Of a stretch of 64,000 nucleotides of DNA, positions 39,848 through 49,283 are shown piece after piece. Under the pieces are notes generated by a model. That model had not been told where the DNA came from. It did not search any database and was given only the letters and a program-made list of their open reading frames with translations. Each line of letters starts with the position of its first letter. Within the stretch, counting starts at the first letter, position 1. The stretch spans positions 1,327 to 65,326 of the forward strand of contig CAIQNH010000095.1 of the NCBI GenBank assembly GCA_903873135.1, written 5' to 3'. This DNA is from an uncultured Actinomycetes bacterium. Its GTDB lineage: Bacteria > Actinomycetota > Acidimicrobiia > Acidimicrobiales > Microtrichaceae. Position numbers and translations under genes: made by a program.

Positions 39848-42028
39848 ATGCGCCGCAGGAGAGCTCGTTCGTCCACGCCCGAGACCACGCCGTCCGACCG
39901 CCTCGACGTCGCCGGCGGGGAACCGGCGACGGGGAGCGGCGAGGAACCACTCGTCGCCGTCGGCACGGCCGACGCCGACCTGGAGCACCTCGCGACCGGC
40001 ACCAGCTGGATCGAACGACTCGAGTCGGTGCTGGCGGTGCTCTCGCCGCTGACCTCCTCGCCCGGGGCGCCGCTGCAGACGACCAACTTCATCCGGTCCA
40101 TGCAGCCCTCGCTCATGCCCCGCACCTCGCTGCACCAGGGTGTGGTGAGCGGGCTCTCCGTCCTCGCCGCCCGCGGCGTGAGCCACCGCGTGGAGCGGCT
40201 CACTGACGTGCTCAGCGGCAACTCGTCCCACCTGGGGGTCCGCCTCGCCGTGCGTGCGGGACTGGTCGGCGCCGGCCGGGGACTGCGGATGGTTCCGACG
40301 GGTGACGGCCCGGCGTGGCCGAGCGAGGTGGCCCACCTGAGCGGCGAACTCCTGGAGCTCGGGGCCGCCGGCGGTGCGCTCTACGACGTGCTGAGCGCCG
40401 CCCGACCGGACGCCTCGGCCGACGAGCGGAGCGCCCTGCGCCTCCTGGTGACCACCGGGACCTCGCTCGGTGCGGCCGTGTGGGCGTCCCGCCACTACCT
40501 GGCCGAGCGGCGTTCGTTCTTCACCGACGACTTCGACAAGCTCCCGCTGACCCTGCCCCGGTCGGTCGCCAACACGGCGGCGGTCACCGCCGTCGGCACC
40601 GGTCTGGCGGCGGGCTACCGACTGTCCCGACGAGGGATCCAGCGGTACCTCGGCCCGGGCATCTCCAAGGACCTCATCGCCCGGGGAGTGAACGCATCCC
40701 TGTGGGCGGCCGGGACCGCCGGGCTCTACTGGGCCGGCGTGTCCTACGTCGGCCGTGCGAACGAGAAGGTGGACCCGGGCTACAACGACCCGCCCACGTC
40801 GCCGCTGGTGTCGGGGTCGCCCGACAGCCTGTGCCCGTTCGACGAGCTCGGCCAGCAGGGGCGCCGCTTCGTGCTCGACACCCTGGAGCCCGACCTGATC
40901 ACCGAGACCATGGGCGAGCCCGCCGAGGCGCCGATCCGGATCTTCGTCGGCTTCAACAGTCACCCCATCCACTCGGCGAGCAGGACCGAGATCGCTCTCG
41001 AGGAGATGGAGCGCACCGGCGCCTACGACCGGAAGTACCTCCTCCTGATCTCACCGACCGGCACCGGGTGGGTGGACCACACCATGATCGAGGCCGCCGA
41101 GTTCTTCACCCGTGGCGACGTGGCGTCCGTGTGCATCCAGTACGGGCGGTACCCGTCGTTCCTGTCGCTGCAGAAGGTGCGCCAGGGGCGCCGTCAGTTC
41201 CGTGGGCTCGTGTGGGGCGTCCACCAGCGGCTGCTCGGCATCCCCGAGGACCGGCGGCCCACCGTCCTGGTGTTCGGCGAGAGCCTGGGGGCGTGGTCCT
41301 CGTCCGACGTGGTGATGAAGGAGGGCATCGAGGGCTTCGACCGCTACTCGATCGACCGGGCGCTGTGGTTCGGGATGCCCCACCTGGCCAAGTGGTCCAA
41401 GGCGGGCCTCGACCGGCCGGGCGCGCTCGTCCCCGACGGGACCGTCGGCGTGTTCGACCGCTGGGAGGAGCTCGAGCAGCTCACCCCGGAGGAGCGCGAC
41501 GCGCTCCGGGTCGTGCAGCTGAGCCACGACAACGACCCCATCACCCACGTGGACCCGGCGCTGCTCTACTCGCCTCCCGACTGGCTCGGCGAACCCCGGG
41601 GGCGGGGCGTGCCGGACTCCCAGCGCTGGTACCCGGTCGTCACGGCGTTCCAGACGCTCATCGACGCGGCCAACGCCATGCGCAACGAGCCCGGGCAGTT
41701 CCGCTCGACGGGGCACGACTACCGCGCCGACACCGCCCGGTTCGTGGCCGAGGGCTACCGCTTCCCCTACACCGAGGACCAGCTCGCCAACGTGGAGGTC
41801 GAGCTCCGTCGACTGGAGAAGGAACGGGCCGAACGGATCAAGGGCGACGCCGAGCCGGCCGCCGGCGAGGACGTTGCGGACGCCGACGTCGGCGACGAGC
41901 TCCCCGCCGAGGCGGGTGCGACCCCGGCCCGACCCGTGGGCACCTCCGGCCGGACGGCCGGCGCCCGCTGGAGCCGGTCAGGTCGTCACCTCACCCCACG
42001 CAGCGAGTCGCAGTCGGCATCGACGTGA
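39848..42028 (+). CDS. membrane-anchored alpha/beta-hydrolase family protein (Abhydrolase_9-like)
   Basis: N-terminal multi-TM region, then a hydrolase domain with nucleophile elbow FGESLGAWSS and conserved LLISPTGTGWVDH. Charged C-terminal tail. Confidence 0.75.
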   Translation: MRRRRARSSTPETTPSDRLDVAGGEPATGSGEEPLVAVGTADADLEHLATGTSWIERLESVLAVLSPLTSSPGAPLQTTNFIRSMQPSLMPRTSLHQGVVSGLSVLAARGVSHRVERLTDVLSGNSSHLGVRLAVRAGLVGAGRGLRMVPTGDGPAWPSEVAHLSGELLELGAAGGALYDVLSAARPDASADERSALRLLVTTGTSLGAAVWASRHYLAERRSFFTDDFDKLPLTLPRSVANTAAVTAVGTGLAAGYRLSRRGIQRYLGPGISKDLIARGVNASLWAAGTAGLYWAGVSYVGRANEKVDPGYNDPPTSPLVSGSPDSLCPFDELGQQGRRFVLDTLEPDLITETMGEPAEAPIRIFVGFNSHPIHSASRTEIALEEMERTGAYDRKYLLLISPTGTGWVDHTMIEAAEFFTRGDVASVCIQYGRYPSFLSLQKVRQGRRQFRGLVWGVHQRLLGIPEDRRPTVLVFGESLGAWSSSDVVMKEGIEGFDRYSIDRALWFGMPHLAKWSKAGLDRPGALVPDGTVGVFDRWEELEQLTPEERDALRVVQLSHDNDPITHVDPALLYSPPDWLGEPRGRGVPDSQRWYPVVTAFQTLIDAANAMRNEPGQFRSTGHDYRADTARFVAEGYRFPYTEDQLANVEVELRRLEKERAERIKGDAEPAAGEDVADADVGDELPAEAGATPARPVGTSGRTAGARWSRSGRHLTPRSESQSAST

Positions 42029-42999
42029 CCCGTCCGGACGCCGGAGGGTCCGGCACCGTCGGCCCGACGGCCACCCCGGTGCCGACGGCCGATCCTCCGC
42101 GGTCGGGTCGGACCGGCTGGAGCGATTCGCGCGCCACACCCCACGACCACGGGGGTCCCGAGTGGTGGGACGACCTGTCGGTCCGACCCGCGCACGCGGA
42201 GTCCGAGGCCTGGCCGGCGGTCGGCGTGGTCGTGGCGCTCACCGCGTCCAACGTGATGACCAACCGGGTGCTGCCCCGCTGGGCGTACGTGCCGTGGAAC
42301 GTGGCCGTGGCCTCGGGCCTGGTGTGGTGGGCGCGGGCCGCTGGCGGTTGCAGCGGAGCGGAGCTCGGCCTGTCCCGCCGGCACCTGCTCGGTGGACTCC
42401 GGTGGGGTCTCGGTGCGGCCGGGGCCGTGGGCGCCCTGTACGCGACCGGCGTCGCCGTCCCCCGGACGCGTGCGGTGTTCCGGGACGACCGGGCGGACCA
42501 GGTTGGACCAGCCGAGCTGGCCTGGCGCGTGCTCGTCGAGATCCCGTTCGGCACGGCGCTCACCGAGGAGGTGGCGTTCCGGGGGGTCCTCCCGGCACTG
42601 TTCCGTCGACGTTTCGCCGGAGAGCCCAACTGGGCCGTCCGGGCCGACCTGACCGCCGCCGGCCTGTTCGGGCTGTGGCACGTGCTGCCCGCCTCGGCGC
42701 TCGCCGAGGCCAATCCGACGCTGCAGGACCTGCCGACCACGACGGCCAGGGCCACCGCCGTCGCCGGGAGCGTCGCCGGCACGAGCGCAGCCGCCCTCGC
42801 CTTCACCTGGCTGCGGAACCGGTCGGGGAGCGTGCTGGCGCCCGTGCTGCTCCACGGCGCCATCAACGGTGGGGCCTACGCGCTGGCGTGGGCGCTCGGC
42901 AGGGAGTCCGGCGGCACCACGCCGCCGTGGCGCTGGGACCGTCCCGTGCGTCGACGGGTGCGGTCCTGGCCGTTCCGGCGGCGGGTCACCGAGGCCTGA
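42025..42999 (+). CDS. CPBP family intramembrane glutamic endopeptidase (CAAX protease/Abi-type)
   Basis: The GTG at 42025 overlaps the upstream stop (GTGA). Motifs EEVAFRG, FGLWH and HGAIN. Confidence 0.8.
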   Translation: MTRPDAGGSGTVGPTATPVPTADPPRSGRTGWSDSRATPHDHGGPEWWDDLSVRPAHAESEAWPAVGVVVALTASNVMTNRVLPRWAYVPWNVAVASGLVWWARAAGGCSGAELGLSRRHLLGGLRWGLGAAGAVGALYATGVAVPRTRAVFRDDRADQVGPAELAWRVLVEIPFGTALTEEVAFRGVLPALFRRRFAGEPNWAVRADLTAAGLFGLWHVLPASALAEANPTLQDLPTTTARATAVAGSVAGTSAAALAFTWLRNRSGSVLAPVLLHGAINGGAYALAWALGRESGGTTPPWRWDRPVRRRVRSWPFRRRVTEA

Positions 43000-43024
43000 G
43001 GCGCCGGCGACCCGACCGGCGAGC

Positions 43025-43831
43025 TCAGGAGGTCTCGACCCCCTCGGCCTCGCTCTCGCCCGTCTGCATCTCGTCGCCACCGGTGGCGAGCTTCCAGACC
43101 ACGGCGCCGAGGACGCCGCCGACGAGCGGGGCCACGATGAACAGCCAGAGCTGTCCGAGCGCCGTGCCACCCTCGAACAGCGCCGGGCCGAGCGAGCGGG
43201 CGGGGTTCACGCTCGTGTTCGTGATCGGGATGCTGATCAGGTGGATGAGCGTCAGCATCAGGCCGATACCGAGGGCCGCCTGGGCCTTGGAGGCCGCCTT
43301 GGTCGTGACGCCGAGGATCACCACCAGGAACAGCGCCGTGAGCACGACCTCGGCGATGAAGGCGGCGGGCAGGTCGTAGAAGATGCGCCCGTTCTCCTGG
43401 CCGTAGGCGTTCGAGGCGAAGGACCCCTGTCCGATCGAGAAGCCACCCGGCCGACCCGACTGGACGGCCCAGAGGACGGCGACGGCTGCGATCGCGCCGA
43501 TGCACTGGGTCACGACGTACGCCGGGACCTCCTGCCACGCGAACCGCTTGGCCGTGGCCAGCCCCACCGACACCGCCGGGTTGAAGTGGCCACCCGAGAC
43601 GTGGCCCAGCGCGTAGGCGCCGCAGACGACCGTGAGTCCGAACGCGAAGCTCACGCCGAGGAACCCGATGCCGCTGTTGACGATGCCGGCCGCGTCCAGG
43701 GTCACGCCGCCGACGCCGATCTCGTTGCGCGCACCCGAGAGCGCCTTGGCGGCGAAGATCGCCGACCCGCAGCCTCCGAGCACCAACAGGAACGTGCCGA
43801 TGAACTCGGCACCGAGCTTCTTGGCCAACAT
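43025..43831 (-). CDS. aqpZ: aquaporin / MIP family channel
   Basis: Two NPA boxes (HFNPAVS, VNPARS). I prefer the ATG at 43831 because GGGAGG lies 6 nt upstream. Confidence 0.9.
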   Translation of the reverse strand: MLAKKLGAEFIGTFLLVLGGCGSAIFAAKALSGARNEIGVGGVTLDAAGIVNSGIGFLGVSFAFGLTVVCGAYALGHVSGGHFNPAVSVGLATAKRFAWQEVPAYVVTQCIGAIAAVAVLWAVQSGRPGGFSIGQGSFASNAYGQENGRIFYDLPAAFIAEVVLTALFLVVILGVTTKAASKAQAALGIGLMLTLIHLISIPITNTSVNPARSLGPALFEGGTALGQLWLFIVAPLVGGVLGAVVWKLATGGDEMQTGESEAEGVETS

Positions 43832-43949
43832 GTGCACCTCCCGGCCGAACACGACCTCAGCGTCGGGAGGACCTGCCCTCCACGGAGGCGGAGCATAGGA
43901 AGCCGGGGTTCACCGCACGCGGATGCTCCCGCTAGCGTGGTCGACACAC

Positions 43950-44024
43950 GCGGGTGTAGCTCAATGGCCAGAGCCCCAGCCTTCCAAGCTGGTGATGCGG
44001 GTTCGATTCCCGTCACCCGCTCCA
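43950..44024 (+). tRNA. tRNA-Gly (anticodon UCC)
   Basis: 75 nt. Acceptor GCGGGTG/CACCCGC, anticodon loop CTTCCAA, T-arm GGTTCGATTCC, encoded CCA. Confidence 0.9.
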
Positions 44025-44078
44025 CTCCCGGCCCTGCTCCCCGGTGGCGTGCGGTCGGTGCGCTCGACACCCGATCAC

Positions 44079-44084
44079 TAGCCT
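44079..44084 (+). promoter_or_regulatory. -10 hexamer TAGCCT for leaderless PhyH gene
   Basis: TAGCCT, then 6 nt, then the GTG at 44091. Confidence 0.4.
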
Positions 44085-44090
44085 CGGGGC

Positions 44091-44924
44091 GTGGACGAGG
44101 AACTCCCGGCGCTCGGTGGGCGGGTCACGCTCCCGCCGGCGACGATCGAGGAGTTCCGCACCAAGGGCCACACCGTGGTCCGGTCGCTGTGCACCCCCGA
44201 CGAGGTGGCGGCCTGGCGAGTCGTGCTCGAGGAGGCGACCCGGCGCGGCGCGTGGGACACCCGTCCGCTGGCCGAGCGCGACACCTACGGACGAGCCTTC
44301 CTGCAGGCGGCGAACCTCTGGCGCCTGGACCCCCGGATCGAGACGTTCACCTGCTCGGAGCGACTCGCCGCCGTGGCTGCGGACCTGCTCGGGGTCGAGC
44401 ACGTCCGCCTCTACCACGACCAGGGCCTCCTCAAGGAGGTCGGCGGCGGGAGGACCCCGTGGCACCAGGACCAGCAGTACTGGCCGCTCGAACACGAACG
44501 ACCGGTGCACACCCTGACCATGTGGATGCCACTCGTCGACGTCGACAGCGGGTCCGGCTCCCTCCTGTTCGCCTCCGGCTCGCACCTGCACGGTGACCTG
44601 GCGGGCGAACTCGCCGGCCCCATCTCGGACGAGTCCGACGCCACGTTCGAGTCGCTGCTGACCCACGGCGGCTTCCCCGTCGAGTCGCACGACCCGCTGC
44701 GCGCCGGCGACGCCACGTTCCACGCAGGGTGGACGCTGCACTCGGCCGGCGAGAACGCATCCGCTGCCGACCGTCCGGTGGCGACCGTCATCTGGTTCGC
44801 CGACGGGTGTCGCGTCACCGCCGCTCCCACCCGGCACCAGAGGTACGACCTGGCGGTGTGGCTCGACGGAGCTGATCCGGGCGGACCGGCCGCGGGCCCG
44901 TCGAACCCGCGGCTCCCACGGTGA
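44091..44924 (+). CDS. phytanoyl-CoA dioxygenase (PhyH) family Fe(II)/2-oxoglutarate oxygenase
   Basis: HxD facial-triad region TPWHQDQQYW, then a distal His in FASGSHLH. 277 aa. Confidence 0.75.
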   Translation: MDEELPALGGRVTLPPATIEEFRTKGHTVVRSLCTPDEVAAWRVVLEEATRRGAWDTRPLAERDTYGRAFLQAANLWRLDPRIETFTCSERLAAVAADLLGVEHVRLYHDQGLLKEVGGGRTPWHQDQQYWPLEHERPVHTLTMWMPLVDVDSGSGSLLFASGSHLHGDLAGELAGPISDESDATFESLLTHGGFPVESHDPLRAGDATFHAGWTLHSAGENASAADRPVATVIWFADGCRVTAAPTRHQRYDLAVWLDGADPGGPAAGPSNPRLPR

Positions 44925-45013
44925 CCGCCCTCGCAGCGTCACCGGCGACCGAGCAGGCGCCGCGTCTAGAGTCGTCGGGTCCGGGCGGACCGGACACGAT
45001 CAGGGGGAACCGC

Positions 45014-46447
45014 ATGTCGAGGACTCGCTCTCGTTGGATGGCCGTCGCCGTGGCAGCGATCGCCCTGGTCGCCGCCGCCTGTGGCGGCGACTCCTCGAGC
45101 TCCGGAGGGACCGGCAACGCACCGGCGTTCGACCCGCTGCAGGTGCCGTCGGAGTTCCCGACCATCCAGGCGGCGGTCGACGCAGCGAAGGAGGGGGACC
45201 TCGTGCTCGTGGCCCCCGGGACCTACGCCGAGGCCGTCGACGTGACCAAGCCGAACATCACCATCCGCGGCGAGGACCGCAACACGGTGATCCTCGACGG
45301 CGGTTTCGAGCTCGAGAACGGCATCCGCGTGCTCGAGACCGACGGCGTGGTCGTGGAGAACATGACGGCGCGCAACTACAAGTCCAACGGCTTCTTCTGG
45401 ACGGGTTCGGACTTCTACCGCGGCTCGTACCTGACCGCCTACCGCAACGGCGACTACGGCATCTACGCGTTCGACGCCTACCACGGCCAGTTCGACCACA
45501 GCCTCGGTTCGGGCAGCCCGGACGCCGGCTTCTACATCGGTGAGTGCTTCCCGTGCGACGCCGTCATCTCCGACGTGGTGTCCGAGTACAACGGCCTCGG
45601 CTACTCCGGCACCAACTCCGGGGGCGATCTGTTCATCGTGAACTCGACCTTCCGCAACAACCGCGCCGGGATCGTGCCCAACACCGGCGCCTACGAGCTC
45701 TGCTACCCGGAGCGGGAGTCGACGATCGTCGGCAACGTCGTGCACGACAACAACTACCTCGACGGTCCCGGCATCGACGTCTCGCTGCTCGCGCAGGGGA
45801 ACGGGATCCTCCTCCCCGGCGGCGTGCGCAACACCGTCGAACGGAACCTCGTGTTCGACCACGACCGCACCGGCATCGGCCTCGTCCCCTACCCGGAGGA
45901 GGACGCCAACGACACGGCTCCCGACCGGAGCGAGTGGGACACCCCGTGCGAGGAGGTCCGCGACCTGGAGATCCCGCCGATCCCGCCGGAGCAGTGCAAG
46001 TCGGTCGAGGGTCTGCTGGCGGCGTGCGCCGTGATCTGGAACCCGTTCGAGAACGTGGTGCAGGGCAACGTGGTCTCGGGCTCCGGCCTGGCCGACCTGG
46101 CGGTCGCCACGATCGACATCTTCGGGACGGGTGAGAGCGTCGACAAGCTCGGCAACTGCTTCAGCGGCAACACCTTCGCCACGACGGCACCGGAGCAGCT
46201 CGAGGCGCTCGCGCCCTGCCCGGTCGGCACCGCCGGGACGGGCGACTGGAACGCCGGTGGCCTGGATCTCCTGTCGCTCCTCAGCGACACGCCACCCAAG
46301 CCGGCGGCCGACGCGTACAAGACCACGCCGGAGCCGGGGCCGCAGGAGAACATGCCGGACCCGACCACCACGGCGCCCACGAAGTACACGGGACCGACCC
46401 TGCCGGACGTCTCGACGATCCAGGTGCCGGCCAAGCCGGCGGGCTGA
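45014..46447 (+). CDS. right-handed parallel beta-helix repeat lipoprotein (NosD-like)
   Basis: AGGGGGA lies upstream of the ATG at 45014. Lipobox LVAAAC. Repeats such as ITIRGEDRNTVILDGG, NGIRVLETDGVVVENM and FIVNSTFRNNRAGIV. Confidence 0.7.
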   Translation: MSRTRSRWMAVAVAAIALVAAACGGDSSSSGGTGNAPAFDPLQVPSEFPTIQAAVDAAKEGDLVLVAPGTYAEAVDVTKPNITIRGEDRNTVILDGGFELENGIRVLETDGVVVENMTARNYKSNGFFWTGSDFYRGSYLTAYRNGDYGIYAFDAYHGQFDHSLGSGSPDAGFYIGECFPCDAVISDVVSEYNGLGYSGTNSGGDLFIVNSTFRNNRAGIVPNTGAYELCYPERESTIVGNVVHDNNYLDGPGIDVSLLAQGNGILLPGGVRNTVERNLVFDHDRTGIGLVPYPEEDANDTAPDRSEWDTPCEEVRDLEIPPIPPEQCKSVEGLLAACAVIWNPFENVVQGNVVSGSGLADLAVATIDIFGTGESVDKLGNCFSGNTFATTAPEQLEALAPCPVGTAGTGDWNAGGLDLLSLLSDTPPKPAADAYKTTPEPGPQENMPDPTTTAPTKYTGPTLPDVSTIQVPAKPAG

Positions 46448-46454
46448 GCCGCCC

Positions 46455-47432
46455 GTGGACGACGCCGACACCCCCGGTCGACGGCGCGCCCCCGTCGGGG
46501 TGGTCCTCGCCGCGACCCTGACCGTCGTCGCGGCGCTCAGCGTGGTGCTCGCCTGGCGGGACGACGGGGCGTCGGGCGTCGACGGGTCGGACGACCCCCA
46601 CGCGGGCCACGCACCGACGCCGGCTGCGACGCCGGCGGCGGAACGCCACACGGGCCCGCAGGGTCGGGTCGGGCAGTTCGTGGTCCGCTGCACCTACAGC
46701 CACTCGGCACCGGACGACCCGATCGTGCACCCGGGAGCGCCCGGACGATCCCACCAGCACGACTTCTACGGGGCGACCACCACCGGCGCAACCTCGACGA
46801 CCGAGGACCTGCTCGACGACGAGACCACCTGCGACAAGTCGCCCGACACCGCCGCGTACTGGCAACCGACGCTGTACAACCACGGGGTGCCGGTGACGCC
46901 GACGCACATCAACGCCTACTACCGGGCCGCTCCCGGAGTGGACCCCGCCACGGTGGTGCCGTACCCGCTGGGCCTGGAACTGCTCGCCGGCGACCCGACG
47001 TCCACCGAGCCCCAGCCGGGTGAGGTGGCCGGCTGGGTCTGCGGCGCCCAGACGGCGATCCGGGCCGAGCCACCGGAGTGCTCCGGCCGAGCGCCGTTGC
47101 ACATGCTGCTCACGTTCCCGGACTGCTGGGACGGGACGAACCTGCGCACGGCGGACCACCGCAGCCACGCCGCCTACTCCTCCGGCGGACGCTGCCCGCG
47201 CACCCACCCGGTGGTGCTCCCCCAGCTCACGGTCGCCGTGGCCTACCCCATCGGGTTCGGGGACCACGACCTGACCCTCGCCTCCGGCAGCGTGCACTCG
47301 GCCCACGGCGACTTCCTCAACGCGTGGGAACCGGAGGGCCTGGCCCGGGAGGTCAACGCCTGCATCGTGCGGCAGGTCGTGTGCGACCTGGCCTCGAACC
47401 GCGAGGAGGACGGTCCGTTCCTCACGCAGTGA
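46455..47432 (+). CDS. DUF1996 domain protein with an N-terminal membrane anchor
   Basis: In-frame GTG at 46455 in ORF 46131..47432. Anchor VVLAATLTVVAALSVVLAW. Motifs DPIVHPGAPGRSHQHDFYG, AAYWQPTLY and FPDCWDG. Confidence 0.7.
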   Translation: MDDADTPGRRRAPVGVVLAATLTVVAALSVVLAWRDDGASGVDGSDDPHAGHAPTPAATPAAERHTGPQGRVGQFVVRCTYSHSAPDDPIVHPGAPGRSHQHDFYGATTTGATSTTEDLLDDETTCDKSPDTAAYWQPTLYNHGVPVTPTHINAYYRAAPGVDPATVVPYPLGLELLAGDPTSTEPQPGEVAGWVCGAQTAIRAEPPECSGRAPLHMLLTFPDCWDGTNLRTADHRSHAAYSSGGRCPRTHPVVLPQLTVAVAYPIGFGDHDLTLASGSVHSAHGDFLNAWEPEGLAREVNACIVRQVVCDLASNREEDGPFLTQ

Positions 47433-47444
47433 GGAGCTCGCGCG

Positions 47445-47903
47445 TCAGTCGACGACGCGCAGACCGCCGACCATGCCCTTGGTCGCCGTCCCGTGGAGCG
47501 AGCAGTAGTACGGGACGAGTCCCACCTCGTCGAACGTTCGGGTGGCGCTCTGGTCGGGCGCGAACTGCGCGGCCTCGATCGGTTCGAACTGCCCGGGTTC
47601 GGTGGGGATGACGTTGTGCTCGGTCCGGCCGTCGTTGACGAACGTGACCGTCGTCCCCCGCCGGATGGTGGCGTACTGCGGCCGGTAGGTGTTGTCCACC
47701 GCCTCGATGGTGACCTCGCTCGAGGCGGTGAGGTCCTCGTACTCCGAGTCCGGGACCGTCGGTACGGTCGACGGCGCCGTCGTGGTGATCTCGTCCGACG
47801 CCCCGTCGGAGGACCCGCCGGCGCAGGCCGCGAGCACGGCGGACGCCAGCAGCACCAGCCCCACGGCCGCCGTGGCCAGCCTCCTGCTCGTCGCGTCCGT
47901 CAC
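47445..47903 (-). CDS. cupredoxin (plastocyanin/azurin-like) copper-binding lipoprotein
   Basis: Lipobox LAAC. Candidate type-1 Cu ligands are His in EHNV and Cys/His/Met in YYCSLHGTATKGM. Confidence 0.8.
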   Translation of the reverse strand: MTDATSRRLATAAVGLVLLASAVLAACAGGSSDGASDEITTTAPSTVPTVPDSEYEDLTASSEVTIEAVDNTYRPQYATIRRGTTVTFVNDGRTEHNVIPTEPGQFEPIEAAQFAPDQSATRTFDEVGLVPYYCSLHGTATKGMVGGLRVVD

Positions 47904-47954
47904 CGGTCGGAGACCCTAGCCACCGCGGCGCACCGACGCCGTTCGCTGCCGTCG

Positions 47955-48749
47955 GTGGCAACATGGGGCGTGGCCGCCATCACCCCCGGGACCGTGCTCG
48001 TGCTGGGTGGCGGGTCCGACATCGGCGCAGCGTGCGTCGCCGCCCTCGCCGGGAACGGACTCCGCGACGTGGTGCTGGCGGCCCGGGACCCGGAGGCGGC
48101 GGTGCGCACCGTCACCGCAGCCCTGCCGGAGCCGACCGACGACTCGCCGCGGGTCCACGGGCTGACCTGGGACGCGCTCGACGTCGGGGCCACCGGGCCG
48201 CTCCTCGACGAGGTGGTCGACCGCTGGGGCCTGCCCGACGTGGTCGTCGTGGCCGTCGGGCTCCTCGGCCACCACGCGGGACTGGGACTCGGACCGGCAC
48301 AGGTCGACGAGATGGTCCGGACGAACTTCGCCGGGCCAGCGGCAGCCCTGGCCGTCGTGGCGGAACGGCTCGCCGCCGAGCCGGGCACCGGTCGGTCGAT
48401 CGTCGTGCTGTCCTCGGTGGCGGGCGTCCGACCACGTCGGTCGAACTTCGTCTACGGCTCGTCCAAGGCGGGCGTCGACGCGTTCGCGCAGGGGTTGGGC
48501 GACGCCCTCGCCGGCACGCCGGTGCGGGTGCTGGTGGTCCGACCCGGGTTCGTCCGGTCCTCCATGACCGAGGGACTCGACCCGGCACCGTTCGCCACCG
48601 ATCCGGACACCGTCGGCCGGGCCGTCGCCCGGGCGGTCCTGAGCGGACGGTCGGGTGTGGTGTCGGTCCCCGGGGTGCTCCGACCGCTGTTCGGAGTGCT
48701 CCGGCTGCTGCCACGACCGTGGTGGCAGCGGGTGGCCGGCGACCGCTGA
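47955..48749 (+). CDS. SDR oxidoreductase, DprE2-like
   Basis: Motifs LGGGSDIG and NFVYGSSKAG (YxxxK). C-terminal hydrophobic LRLLPRPWW, as in decaprenylphosphoryl-2-keto-ribose reductases. Start is GTG 47955 or 47970. Confidence 0.75.
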   Translation: MATWGVAAITPGTVLVLGGGSDIGAACVAALAGNGLRDVVLAARDPEAAVRTVTAALPEPTDDSPRVHGLTWDALDVGATGPLLDEVVDRWGLPDVVVVAVGLLGHHAGLGLGPAQVDEMVRTNFAGPAAALAVVAERLAAEPGTGRSIVVLSSVAGVRPRRSNFVYGSSKAGVDAFAQGLGDALAGTPVRVLVVRPGFVRSSMTEGLDPAPFATDPDTVGRAVARAVLSGRSGVVSVPGVLRPLFGVLRLLPRPWWQRVAGDR

Positions 48750-48815
48750 GCGCCGGTGGGCCCGGTCCCACGGGGGCACTACAGTCGGACCGGCCACAGC
48801 AACGAGGAGCGTGAC

Positions 48816-49235
48816 GTGAGCATCGGACCAGTCGAGTACCTGATCGTGGGGTTCCCCGGGAACCAGTTCAACGGTGACATCGTCCCGGCGCTCGAGCGGC
48901 TGGTCGAGTCCGGGACGGTCCGGATCGTCGACCTGGTCTTCATCTCCAAGGACGCCGACGGCAACGTCGACGCCTTCGAGTACGAGGACCACCCGGAGCT
49001 GGCACCCTTCGGCGACCTGGCCGACGCGCTCGACGACCTGCTGAGCGACGAGGACGTCGAGCTCGCGGCCGAGGTGCTGGAGCCGAACTCCTCCGCCGCG
49101 TTCATCGTGTGGGAGGACCTGTGGGCACGCGAGTTCGCGGACGCCGTGCGCGGCTCGGGCGGCGTGGTGATCGCCGGTGAGCGCATCCCCCACCAGATCG
49201 TGCTCGACGCACTCGCCCACGCCGGGCAGGGCTGA
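48816..49235 (+). CDS. DUF6325-like small acidic protein (unknown function)
   Basis: GAGGAG lies upstream of the GTG at 48816. Motif GPVEYLIVGFPGNQFNGDIVPALERLVESGTVRIVDLVFISKDADG. Confidence 0.65.
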   Translation: MSIGPVEYLIVGFPGNQFNGDIVPALERLVESGTVRIVDLVFISKDADGNVDAFEYEDHPELAPFGDLADALDDLLSDEDVELAAEVLEPNSSAAFIVWEDLWAREFADAVRGSGGVVIAGERIPHQIVLDALAHAGQG

Positions 49236-49283
49236 GTCCGAGCTCGGAACGACCGACCGAACGACCAGACAGGAGCGACGACC

